From a virus, in IMG/VR virus record IMGVR_UViG_3300012165_000002, positions 1 through 64,000 of that record: 64,000 bases of DNA; one strand, 5' to 3'. The notes under the pieces are model-generated. The model searched no databases, was not told where the DNA came from, and was given only the letters and a program-made list of their open reading frames with translations. Of this stretch, positions 8,945-17,569 are shown piece by piece; position 1 is the stretch's first letter, and each line of letters begins with the position of its first letter. Position numbers and translations under genes: made by a program.

Positions 8945-8965
8945 ATATAATTTTCTCCTTTAAAA

Positions 8966-9241
8966 TTATTTTGAAGTTCTCAATATATTTTGTTTATTTT
9001 TCAAATTATACCTTAATCTGCTTTTAACGCGTTCCGCCTCTTCATCGCCAAATAAGCAATCATATGCGCTAATTAATTCTTGTAAGTTTGAGATATCTGT
9101 CTCTATATCCCTAGTAAATATTACAGAGTCTTGAATATAAAAACTTCCCCTGTCAGACTTTTTCTTCTGCGTCCGAGTGATTGAAACGTTAGGACATTTT
9201 TCTTTAATCTTTTTGGATTCTTGTTTACTGATCTTATGAAT
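8966..9241 (-). CDS. Hypothetical protein (about 91 aa) with no canonical start codon
   Basis: Stop-to-stop frame with protein-like sequence (..SFYIQDSVIFTRDIETDISNLQELISAYDCLFGDEEAERVKSRL..). GGTGGAG RBS at 9245-9251. Only ATT/ATC codons are available near it. Missing from the track. Confidence 0.4.
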   Translation of the reverse strand: MHKISKQESKKIKEKCPNVSITRTQKKKSDRGSFYIQDSVIFTRDIETDISNLQELISAYDCLFGDEEAERVKSRLRYNLKNKQNILRTSK

Positions 9242-9416
9242 TTACTCCACCAACTTTTAGTTTATTTTTTTATGTTTTTGATATATTATTATTTAGTAAT
9301 TCCGCACCGCCTCATACATACGGGCTTATCCGCAGTAGTTTGCCTAAATCATTTGCGGATGTGATTTTTGGCCAGCTTCGAGTCCGTTGTATTTTTGTTT
9401 AAGGAGGTGATATCTC

Positions 9417-9548
9417 ATGGGGATTAAGAAAAAAAATAGAAAAAAGATAGTAACAACACAATACGGATATGGAAGCTTTATCCCTTCCAACAATCCTAAT
9501 AAAGAAGAAAAAACAAATTCTCATGAGGAAAAATCTGTAAATAAATAG
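9417..9548 (+). CDS. Small basic hydrophilic peptide (43 aa) on the opposite strand to its neighbours
   Basis: AAGGAGGTGA RBS 6 nt before ATG 9417; MGIKKKNRKKIVTTQYGYGSF.. Bracketed by the inverted repeat ATTCCGCACC / GGTGCGGAAT. Confidence 0.4.
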   Translation: MGIKKKNRKKIVTTQYGYGSFIPSNNPNKEEKTNSHEEKSVNK

Positions 9549-9598
9549 ATTTTTTCTTAATATTTATTGGTGCGGAATCTTTTTAATTAATCTAGCTT

Positions 9599-9784
9599 TT
9601 AATGTAGGGTATATTTCGTATTTTTTAAGTGGTTTATTCTATGTTGTGCAACAATTTCTCCAACATTGTCAAAACGTTCTTGCAAATCATTTAGCTGATT
9701 TTCAAGAGCATTTATTTTTTCTTTTAGCTCTTTGATTTCGTTTTCCAATTTTATCACCTTTCTTTGATAGATTTGATGATTCAT
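9599..9784 (-). CDS. Hypothetical coiled-coil protein (61 aa; start uncertain)
   Basis: Frame encodes IKLENEIKELKEKINALENQLNDLQERF. ATG 9784 lacks an RBS; an internal TTG follows AAAGGTGA. Overlaps the tail of 9702..10004. Confidence 0.4.
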   Translation of the reverse strand: MNHQIYQRKVIKLENEIKELKEKINALENQLNDLQERFDNVGEIVAQHRINHLKNTKYTLH

Positions 9785-10004
9785 TTGAGTATAAATAAGG
9801 ACAATTATTATCAATACATCCATTTATTATGCTACTTTTAATACTATCATCAGCCAATGCCATCTCTTCGTCTGAAACAAATTCGACTGCAAATGTGTAA
9901 TTGGTTTTTTGACATAGCCATTGGACACATCTCTCATCTATTTTAGTTTTATTATTAAAGAAATCTATTTGACATTCTGATAAAGTTAAGTTTTCATTTT
10001 TCAT
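9702..10004 (-). CDS. Hypothetical protein (100 aa)
   Basis: ORF-track frame. The basic C-terminal tail KKGDKIGKRNQRAKRKNK looks like an out-of-frame reading of the next gene. Confidence 0.5.
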   Translation of the reverse strand: MKNENLTLSECQIDFFNNKTKIDERCVQWLCQKTNYTFAVEFVSDEEMALADDSIKSSIINGCIDNNCPYLYSNESSNLSKKGDKIGKRNQRAKRKNKCS

Positions 10005-10070
10005 TTTTATACTTCTTTCTTTGATGGATTTTTTCTTTTAAAATATTAAAATATTTGCTATACTTACATT

Positions 10071-10190
10071 AGGCATGATGTGATTAAATCCACTTGGAAA
10101 CACACGTTCCCATTCCGAACACGCCGTTAAGCAAGTGGATGTTGAAAATACTACATTTTATGTGGGAAGATAAATTTTGCATTGCTGCTT
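10071..10190 (+). rRNA. 5S rRNA-like element (divergent, possibly degenerate)
   Basis: CACACGTTCCCATTCCGAACACGCCGTTAAGC (10101-10132) closely matches the Firmicutes 5S loop-C/helix-III core. It is enclosed by a perfect 9-bp helix-II-like pairing, ATCCACTTG (10088-10096) / CAAGTGGAT (10132-10140). Distal half AT-drifted; helix I weak. Confidence 0.55.
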
Positions 10191-10294
10191 AGTTCTATTG
10201 CCCAACGATAGAACGTTAAAGAAGATGCGTACTTCTTATGCACATCGCAAATGTAGCGCATTACATGATGTTGCTTTTTAGGGAGGGGTAATCT

Positions 10295-10420
10295 ATGCCC
10301 TCGATGAAATCGAAATACGGTCTGAGTTACTCCTTGGTTGGAGGGGTTATCATGACCAAGTACGAAAAAATTATGCTTGCAATCAGCATAATCATGCTTG
10401 CTGTCACTATTTTTAAATAA
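10295..10420 (+). CDS. Small hydrophobic peptide (41 aa, or 22 aa from internal ATG 10352); candidate type I toxin-like
   Basis: GGGAGGGG RBS before ATG 10295 and GGAGGGG before ATG 10352. C-terminal MTKYEKIMLAISIIMLAVTIFK is a single TM helix. Rho-independent terminator follows. Confidence 0.45.
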   Translation: MPSMKSKYGLSYSLVGGVIMTKYEKIMLAISIIMLAVTIFK

Positions 10421-10432
10421 ATAGCTTGCAGG

Positions 10433-10463
10433 AAAGAGAGATCAACCAGTTCTCTCTTTTTTT
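10433..10463 (+). terminator. Rho-independent terminator
   Basis: AAGAGAGA (10434-10441) / TCTCTCTT (10451-10458) stem, 9-nt loop, T-run to 10463. Confidence 0.75.
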
Positions 10464-10555
10464 ATCATCTTTCTTTGGTGGGATTTTGCCCCTCCATATA
10501 TGGTTAAAGTAGATATGGGTTATTTTACACTGAATTTAAGCCATTTCCCATATCT

Positions 10556-13330
10556 TCATTTGTGATTTTTCGGAAAATTTAGGCCGTTTTTTGTAAATTT
10601 AAGCCCGTACAAATTAATATTTCCATTTATTTTTTTTTCTAAATTCAACTTTTCTTCCCTATTGTTTATTAATAATTCAAAAAATAATTCTGTTTTTTGT
10701 GATGACAAAATATTAAATAGTTGTTTTGCCATATCCTTATATTCATCCAGATCAATACATTTAATTAGATAAATCATTGTATTATTATTAATACTCATTG
10801 TTTTAATTAAATTTAAAACATCATATTTTAATTCTGTCGATTTTATATATCTCTGATTTAATGACAAATTACTATCCCATATCATTTTTAATTTATAATT
10901 CAATACTCTTATTATTTTTATTATTTTATTAAACTGCTTATAATTAACATCCTTTATATTATACTTACTCAAATCAATAATATCACTAAACTTGCAAAAC
11001 TCCTCAGTTGTCTTTTTATTCCTAAACTTATTCATAGCTCGTTGTAGATAATCCATAGAGGTGTTAAAGTTTTTGTATAAAATATTTGGATTCAACTTAT
11101 ATCCGTTGTTTAGTGTTATCATTTTGAAAAATTTAGGCTTAACAAACTTACCATCTTCATAAACTCTGTATTTTTCTTTGATTTTGTTTATTTCTTTGGC
11201 GTTATCAACTTCAAACTCTTTTTTGGCACGATCTATTTCAATACAGGACATGACAGCCAGTTTGCATATGTCGAGGTATAGTTCGTTTATGCTTTCTATG
11301 GTTTCGTTATGATTTAACTTATGCCAAAACCAACTATTCAACTCCTGGCTTAAATTAATTATTTCGCCAATCTTATTTACACTCGTTCTTATATCTAAAT
11401 CGCATTGATGCTCCCAAGTATAATATCTATCTATTTTTCTCGCCTCTACAAAATTTGTAGGAATTTTAAAGTTATGATAATTTCTTTTGGCTATATCAAT
11501 TAGCAACTTTTCGTTTGATATTAATATTTGATCCGAATCAAAGTCCGCTCCGTTCAATCTTTCCAATATATTATCATTAATACTATTGATACAAACAATC
11601 TCATTAGTTAAACCAAAATACTTATCAATCTCTTCATTGTGCTTATTTACAGGCAACCATACATTGCCATTACATACATGTGGGCTACGTGAAGCAATCA
11701 ACTCTTCGCCATCATTGAAGTTTTTGCTATAAACAGCACCCACTTTAATCTCATTAGCACCATCAAACTGCCCAATCGAATGTTTCAACATTTCAAGTGG
11801 ATTGCCAAACAATACAGAGTAGTTGCCTTTAATTAAAATATGTCCTTCTCTTGAATTGTTAACATAAGACTTAATGACTTTGGCTTTAAAATCATCGTAC
11901 AACTTAGTCTCGTAAAATTTAGTATTTATTCCCATCAGTTTAAATATAATGTCGTTTTTCGTTATCGTTTCATTTTCGTCAAAAGAAATTTCGCTTTTGG
12001 GATATTTAATATGATATCTCAAAACATCGGGGTCTGTCCGTAGCAGATTTAAATAATCAATTGTGGGCTGCAAAAACTCAGTCATTTCATCAAAAGTAAA
12101 TTGTAGTGTATTTAATAGTTGATAATGGGCCTGAACAAGTTTACCATCAAAATAATGAGTCTGTTTCTCATGCTTGACTATTCCAAAATCCTCATCCAAA
12201 TTTTCAAGCCACTTTTTCATCATTTCTACTTTGTCTTTGCCAAACTTTAAATATTTTACACTATTTGGCGTTGTTATTAATTTTATGTCTTTAATATCTT
12301 CTGCCAAAGTAAATCCATTCAACTGATCGACCTGCGTAATTCCGTTGTCATCAAAAAATTTCTGTATTTTAGTTTTAAAAGAACAGGTTTTAAAAAAGCG
12401 ATTACGAAGCAGCAAACTTCCAAAGTCTTTGTAGTTTTCGAACATAGATTCGTCTAATAGCGATTGTCCGTCCCATATTGAATTGCTTATCTCAACAGTT
12501 TCGTCTTTAGCTTCAAGCCAGCCATCAATTACCTTTACAGACACAACATTGTCGTTGAATATACTGTCATAGTCATCAATTAAAAGAATATTTTCTTTTT
12601 TTATTTTTAAAATATCTATTATGCTGCTTGAGGTTAGAGAAATATAACTTTCATATGCCGCCAAATCAATCTTATCGCCAATTTTTACATTTAGACCACA
12701 ATCTTCCCATTTATGAAAAGGTGTATACAGCCTTTCGTTAATGAATAAGCACTTTCCGATACGAGAACTTCCTGAACTTCTCTTAAATCTCCTGTATTTT
12801 ATTCCGTTAGAATAAAAACCATTCTCGTACAATTCATTGCGCAGTTTAGCTACTGTCTGCAATACTTTTATATTTTTTTTATTTACAACATAACATCCCA
12901 ACTCTTCATCAAATTTAAAATAATCTCCCATCAATTCTGAATTAATATTATTTTCAACAGGCTGATTTAGCTTTATTGCGATTAATTCATCATCGACAAT
13001 GCACACATTGTCAACAAACTCGCATTCTTTCAATGTGTATTCAAAAGCTACATACACATCTTTTCCAAATTTATTATAAACCTTATTGCTATAATTGAAA
13101 TTAACATTTATAATATGATTAGTGAATTCTTTTCCGTTCTTATCAAAAAACGAAAAGTCAGACCTCCTATATACCTTTTTATAAATCTCTCTCAATTTTA
13201 TTAAATCTAAACTATAATCAAATGCGTTGAGATATTTTTTGGTATTAATCTCATTATTTTTATTTTTTATATTATATCCTAAAATTTCATCGGCATCTTT
13301 GTCTGAAATTAAGTTGTTACTTATATACAA
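10556..13330 (-). CDS. YonO-like single-subunit DNA-dependent RNA polymerase (double-psi beta-barrel, RdRP/beta-prime related)
   Basis: 924 aa. LNGADFDSDQ (DFDSD codons at 11531-11545) matches the beta-prime metal-binding signature NADFDGDQ and the DxDGD motif of YonO/cellular RdRPs. TTG start 8 nt after GAGG. Confidence 0.7.
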   Translation of the reverse strand: MYISNNLISDKDADEILGYNIKNKNNEINTKKYLNAFDYSLDLIKLREIYKKVYRRSDFSFFDKNGKEFTNHIINVNFNYSNKVYNKFGKDVYVAFEYTLKECEFVDNVCIVDDELIAIKLNQPVENNINSELMGDYFKFDEELGCYVVNKKNIKVLQTVAKLRNELYENGFYSNGIKYRRFKRSSGSSRIGKCLFINERLYTPFHKWEDCGLNVKIGDKIDLAAYESYISLTSSSIIDILKIKKENILLIDDYDSIFNDNVVSVKVIDGWLEAKDETVEISNSIWDGQSLLDESMFENYKDFGSLLLRNRFFKTCSFKTKIQKFFDDNGITQVDQLNGFTLAEDIKDIKLITTPNSVKYLKFGKDKVEMMKKWLENLDEDFGIVKHEKQTHYFDGKLVQAHYQLLNTLQFTFDEMTEFLQPTIDYLNLLRTDPDVLRYHIKYPKSEISFDENETITKNDIIFKLMGINTKFYETKLYDDFKAKVIKSYVNNSREGHILIKGNYSVLFGNPLEMLKHSIGQFDGANEIKVGAVYSKNFNDGEELIASRSPHVCNGNVWLPVNKHNEEIDKYFGLTNEIVCINSINDNILERLNGADFDSDQILISNEKLLIDIAKRNYHNFKIPTNFVEARKIDRYYTWEHQCDLDIRTSVNKIGEIINLSQELNSWFWHKLNHNETIESINELYLDICKLAVMSCIEIDRAKKEFEVDNAKEINKIKEKYRVYEDGKFVKPKFFKMITLNNGYKLNPNILYKNFNTSMDYLQRAMNKFRNKKTTEEFCKFSDIIDLSKYNIKDVNYKQFNKIIKIIRVLNYKLKMIWDSNLSLNQRYIKSTELKYDVLNLIKTMSINNNTMIYLIKCIDLDEYKDMAKQLFNILSSQKTELFFELLINNREEKLNLEKKINGNINLYGLKFTKNGLNFPKNHK

Positions 13331-13423
13331 GTCTTTGGCCTCAGCAGTTAGGATATATACAGACTTTTTTTTAATTATAATGTTTCACTCCAATGCAATA
13401 AATTTTATAAAGCAAGAACTACA

Positions 13424-13442
13424 CCCAAGGCAAATGCTTGGG
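13424..13442. terminator. Intergenic hairpin (terminator-like)
   Basis: CCCAAG / CTTGGG stem between the genes ending at 13464 and starting at 13330; no strong U-run. Confidence 0.4.
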
Positions 13443-13463
13443 CAAGTTCCACTATAAATTCAA

Positions 13464-13766
13464 TTAAAAACTATTATATATTCCTCCTGGCGGCGCGTAA
13501 GTCCCGCCAGACGATATACCATTATTTACATTATTTTTTGGCACAGGCCCTGTATCCACTCTTTGCAATAATACCATATTTTTATTATTTAACATTTCGA
13601 TTACTTCTGTAGTATATAGGGCACCTATCGCATTAATCACCCAATTATCCATATCAACACATAGAATATCTCCAAATGAAATATTGCCATTAAAAATCTC
13701 TAGCATCAAAGACTTCCGCTCTTCAAATGTGTCACCAATCATGTGGTACCTTACATTATTATTCAT
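13464..13766 (-). CDS. Hypothetical protein (100 aa)
   Basis: Start moved to ATG 13766 behind AAAGGAGAG. The track start at 13844 would overlap dut by 65 nt. Confidence 0.6.
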   Translation of the reverse strand: MNNNVRYHMIGDTFEERKSLMLEIFNGNISFGDILCVDMDNWVINAIGALYTTEVIEMLNNKNMVLLQRVDTGPVPKNNVNNGISSGGTYAPPGGIYNSF

Positions 13767-13779
13767 TATATTCTCTCCT

Positions 13780-14211
13780 TTAATTTTTTCCGGTGCTTCC
13801 AAAACCGCCCCTGTTATCGTTTCCCAAATCTTCAACCTCGACAATATTAACCTTATCCATCACTTTATTAATTCTAAACTGACAAATGCGGTCATTCTTA
13901 CATATAAAAGTATTTTCTAGGGCATAAGCCATAAATCCCCATATATCATCATTGCCTGAATAAGATGGGTCAATTACGCCAAAATGATTGCACTGAAGAA
14001 TTTTAAAATTCCTTGCAGTAGAAGATCGTGGCACAATATTTGCCTCATATCCATCGGGAAGTTGCATAGATACTCCCAACGAAATCAGCCTTATCTCACC
14101 TTTCTTAATAGTCACAGTCTCAGCGGCACGTAAATCAATCCAAGCGCCTATATCTATTTGCTTAATTTTGTCAATTTCCTTGTCATGATATTTAACTTTA
14201 ATTTCTAACAT
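13780..14211 (-). CDS. dut: dUTP diphosphatase (trimeric dUTPase)
   Basis: 143 aa; [13 protein letters not shown] and C-terminal RGGFGSTG motifs in canonical order. Confidence 0.9.
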   Translation of the reverse strand: MLEIKVKYHDKEIDKIKQIDIGAWIDLRAAETVTIKKGEIRLISLGVSMQLPDGYEANIVPRSSTARNFKILQCNHFGVIDPSYSGNDDIWGFMAYALENTFICKNDRICQFRINKVMDKVNIVEVEDLGNDNRGGFGSTGKN

Positions 14212-14223
14212 TTATCATTCTCC

Positions 14224-17200
14224 TTATAATCCACATTTTGAATATCCACAATTATGACATGTTTTACAACCTTCCGACATTTCTGCCTCACATCCACATT
14301 CGGGACATACATTGTTTATTATTGTGGCCTGTAGAGAAGACGTAATATTTGAAACGCTGCAATCTTCTACGTCATCACCAAACTCTTCTTGAACCTCATT
14401 ATACATATCTTTGATTGCATGAGCTATCGCACTAGGACAACATATCCCTCTTGAAGTATCGCACTTTGTTGATCGCCTTACCAAATATGAAGGACACGCA
14501 GGAACACTAAGCAACTGATCTATTGCATAATCAAGACTCATGCCCGTTCTTAGCGCACCACTTAATATACGAGATAATCCAACCATATACGAATTGCAGC
14601 CTCCACTACTTCCATGATCAAGAAATACTTCATATAGTGTGCCATCTATTTTATCAAAGAAACAATGAACATGAACAGAGCCACAACCCGTTACAATCTT
14701 TCGCTTTCTGCCAATTAAATCGTCTGAAGAATTTAGCGTTGTTCCCCAAGGTAGATTTTCTACTCTATTCGGTTCCAACTTAACACTATCTTCGCTTATA
14801 CTGGTCAAAATACCACTACGACTACAGTTGTCTCTATATAAAGTCAACCCCTTTAAGCCCGATTCCCAAGCCAACATATATAAATCTTCAACTTGATCCA
14901 CTGTAAAATCTTCTGGAACATTGACTGTTGAACTAATAGAAGCGTCTATATGCTTTTGCCAAACTGATTGCATTGCCACTCTGTCTTTATAGTCTAATAA
15001 CATTGCGTTGGTAAAAAAATCAGGGAGCATACTTTCGTCAGATAAATTAAATTGATCCATAAACTTTTTTACTATAGGTGTGTACACAGTGTAATATACA
15101 TCTTCGCCGTGTAATGATTCAGTTTTTCGTTTATATCCGTAATTGTAAATCGGTTCTATACCACCGGATATTCCCAGCATGGTTGATAGTGTGCCTGTAG
15201 GAGCGCATGTTAAGAGCTGACTATTTCTCAATCCATACCTCATAACAATATCTTTTGTATCCACAGATGCATTCTCAATGAAAAACGGACTACTTAATAC
15301 GGCATCCCTGTTGTATTTGGGGTAACAACCAAACTCTTTGGCCAGTAAGGAAGAACTTGCTAATGCTTGGTCGATCATTATTGATGCTATACGATTACAT
15401 AATGATGATGATGTCTGGCTTCCATATTTGATTCCCATTTTTATTAACATATCACTTAAGCCAAAAATTCCCAAACCAATTTGTCGCCAATCCCTAACAC
15501 TGTCTTGCTGCTCTTGAAGTGGATGTAGTGGCAAACCTTCGTCCAGCACATCGTTTAATGCTTTTACAGAAATATCTACAGTCTTTCTAAAATCTTCATA
15601 ATTAAAATATACAGCTTCACTAAATGGATTTACTACAAATTCAGATACATTTATACTTCCGAGTAAACATGAACCTCCACTTGGGAGCGGCTCTTCGGCG
15701 CAATTATGAACAATTATTCCATCAACCACACCCCAATGAGTTAATGGTTCTGTAAAATCATAAACAGTTTCAATTCCTAAATGTTTAATTGACTTAACAT
15801 ATGGCGATCTTTGAATAATTACACATTTTAATGCCTCTGTCTTATAGGAGTGTATGAAGTTGATTTTTTCATAAAAAGTTATTATATCTTTAATGCGGAC
15901 TATATTTAAATCATAACTTTCTTTGCACCGATATGTTCCATTATCAAATTTATTATTTTTTGATTTATTTGTTGTTATATATGAATGTATGCCAAAATCA
16001 TTTAATAAAGTATATTGCAATTGTTTGATAAAATCTTTACAAATAGACTTATATGCAATTCTCCCACTGCTGATAACACTACCATTGGCAGAAAAGCATC
16101 CTTTCAAGAAAGATTTCTTCTGCTCTAAACTCCATAAATCATAAGTTTCAGGAAGCAATCTTATAAACATTGTGTTGTGAGAAAATTCTAATTCTAAAAG
16201 CTTATCTTTATAATCATACAAACAAATTGCTCTATTATTTTTAAATTTAAAATTGTCATCAGAAAACAAATTTAAAACTTCAGAATCTTTTGCACCAATA
16301 TTAACAGTTATATATTCTACACTTTTGTCCAAATCATTTAATTGTCCGTCACCTTGTATGAATCCAAGTTTAACATATAAATTGTCATACATATTGTCAT
16401 TATAAATTAGTGGCATTACTCTTTTATGATATAAATCCTTAGCTTCGCATTGTTCGCCATTATTTAGTAAGAAAATATGATTGGGAGTGCATTTAATTAT
16501 TCTGCCATCTTCAAATTTTACACTCATTACTTCCTTTTCGCCACTATTCCAAACTCTGCTTTCAGAAATCTGTCCATCTTTATTAATTATTTTTATACTT
16601 TTTCCTGCAAGCTCATTAAATGTTTTATACCCTTCTGTTGTCAACAACTTCATATCGCCTGTAAAGCATGGATTAACACCGGCATATTCGAAGTTTTCAT
16701 CTTCAGATAATAAACTCCAACTTTTTATCCTGTCCCACATTAAAAATCCAGGCTCTGCCATACTCCAATTGCTTTTAGCAATTTTATAAAATAAATCTCT
16801 AGCATTGACTATCTTCGAAATAACTTCGCCCGTTTCTTGTCTTGTATAACTCATTTCCCAATCTAAATCATTTTTTACAGCATTCATAAAGTCGTTTGTT
16901 ATTCTTATAGATATATTGGCTTTTGTAATTCGTTCTAAATCATTTTTTACTTCTATATATTCTTCCAAGTCTGGATGATTGCAGTCTAACGAAATCATTA
17001 ATGCTCCCCTACGATTGTTTTGACCTATTAGTCCAGTAACTAATGAATATAAGTCCATAAAACTTACTGCGCCTGTTGTTGAATGTGCGGCGTTATTGAT
17101 CTTGGCGTTACGTGGGGATAACTTTGATAAATCAATGCCACATCCACCACCATAAGAAAATGTTCTAGCTAACTTTGTTGCACATGCAAATATTGATTCC

Positions 17201-17481
17201 AGGTTATCTTCTGGTGGTTCAATTACATAACAATTGCTGAGCGAAATTTTTCGTCCTTCATTTTGTAATCCTCTGTTTGCCAGTATCCTTCCACCAAACA
17301 GAAATTTCTTATCTATAATTAACTGCCTAACTTCATTGTCACTACCAGACACCCTATCTAGCCACTTTTCGAATGTTTCATTCTCGTATTGGTATTTATT
17401 CCTCCATATATCTACCGCTAATTGCGAATCCAACCAATCACATTCGTTTATCACTTGCGTTTTGTTATCAATTGTAGTCAT
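14224..17481 (-). CDS. nrdJ: Class II (adenosylcobalamin-type, NrdJ-like) ribonucleotide reductase containing an intein
   Basis: After removing the intein, the junction reads GVNP-CAEEPLPSGGSCLLGSIN, matching the class II active-site signature NPCGEQPL..SCNLGSIN. Cys-rich C-terminal tail CPECGC..CKTCHNCG. Confidence 0.85.
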   Translation of the reverse strand: MTTIDNKTQVINECDWLDSQLAVDIWRNKYQYENETFEKWLDRVSGSDNEVRQLIIDKKFLFGGRILANRGLQNEGRKISLSNCYVIEPPEDNLESIFACATKLARTFSYGGGCGIDLSKLSPRNAKINNAAHSTTGAVSFMDLYSLVTGLIGQNNRRGALMISLDCNHPDLEEYIEVKNDLERITKANISIRITNDFMNAVKNDLDWEMSYTRQETGEVISKIVNARDLFYKIAKSNWSMAEPGFLMWDRIKSWSLLSEDENFEYAGVNPCFTGDMKLLTTEGYKTFNELAGKSIKIINKDGQISESRVWNSGEKEVMSVKFEDGRIIKCTPNHIFLLNNGEQCEAKDLYHKRVMPLIYNDNMYDNLYVKLGFIQGDGQLNDLDKSVEYITVNIGAKDSEVLNLFSDDNFKFKNNRAICLYDYKDKLLELEFSHNTMFIRLLPETYDLWSLEQKKSFLKGCFSANGSVISSGRIAYKSICKDFIKQLQYTLLNDFGIHSYITTNKSKNNKFDNGTYRCKESYDLNIVRIKDIITFYEKINFIHSYKTEALKCVIIQRSPYVKSIKHLGIETVYDFTEPLTHWGVVDGIIVHNCAEEPLPSGGSCLLGSINVSEFVVNPFSEAVYFNYEDFRKTVDISVKALNDVLDEGLPLHPLQEQQDSVRDWRQIGLGIFGLSDMLIKMGIKYGSQTSSSLCNRIASIMIDQALASSSLLAKEFGCYPKYNRDAVLSSPFFIENASVDTKDIVMRYGLRNSQLLTCAPTGTLSTMLGISGGIEPIYNYGYKRKTESLHGEDVYYTVYTPIVKKFMDQFNLSDESMLPDFFTNAMLLDYKDRVAMQSVWQKHIDASISSTVNVPEDFTVDQVEDLYMLAWESGLKGLTLYRDNCSRSGILTSISEDSVKLEPNRVENLPWGTTLNSSDDLIGRKRKIVTGCGSVHVHCFFDKIDGTLYEVFLDHGSSGGCNSYMVGLSRILSGALRTGMSLDYAIDQLLSVPACPSYLVRRSTKCDTSRGICCPSAIAHAIKDMYNEVQEEFGDDVEDCSVSNITSSLQATIINNVCPECGCEAEMSEGCKTCHNCGYSKCGL
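15703..16668 (-). mobile_element. Intein (322 aa) with LAGLIDADG homing-endonuclease domain, inserted at the catalytic-Cys loop of NrdJ
   Basis: Begins CFTGDMKLLT (Cys1 codon 16666-16668) and ends IIVHN (Asn codon 15703-15705), followed by +1 Cys. LAGLIDADG-like motifs LGFIQGDGQ and LKGCFSANGSV. Confidence 0.85.
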
Positions 17482-17569
17482 ATCATCTCTTCTTTCTACT
17501 TATATGATCTCACAATTTTATTTAGCCTGAGATTTTACATATACACTATGATGTGGCTAATTTGTTTAA

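Noticed and set aside
9702-9823. Programmed frameshift joining 9702..10004 to 9599..9823
   Set aside because: The two frames overlap by about 120 nt, and the tail of the first looks like an out-of-frame reading of the second. However, I found no slippery heptamer or downstream structure. An internal TTG after AAAGGTGA gives a simpler two-gene explanation.
14224-17481. Group I intron in the ribonucleotide reductase gene, as seen in SPbeta-like phages
   Set aside because: The reading frame is continuous through the whole gene. The only insertion is in-frame and has intein hallmarks.
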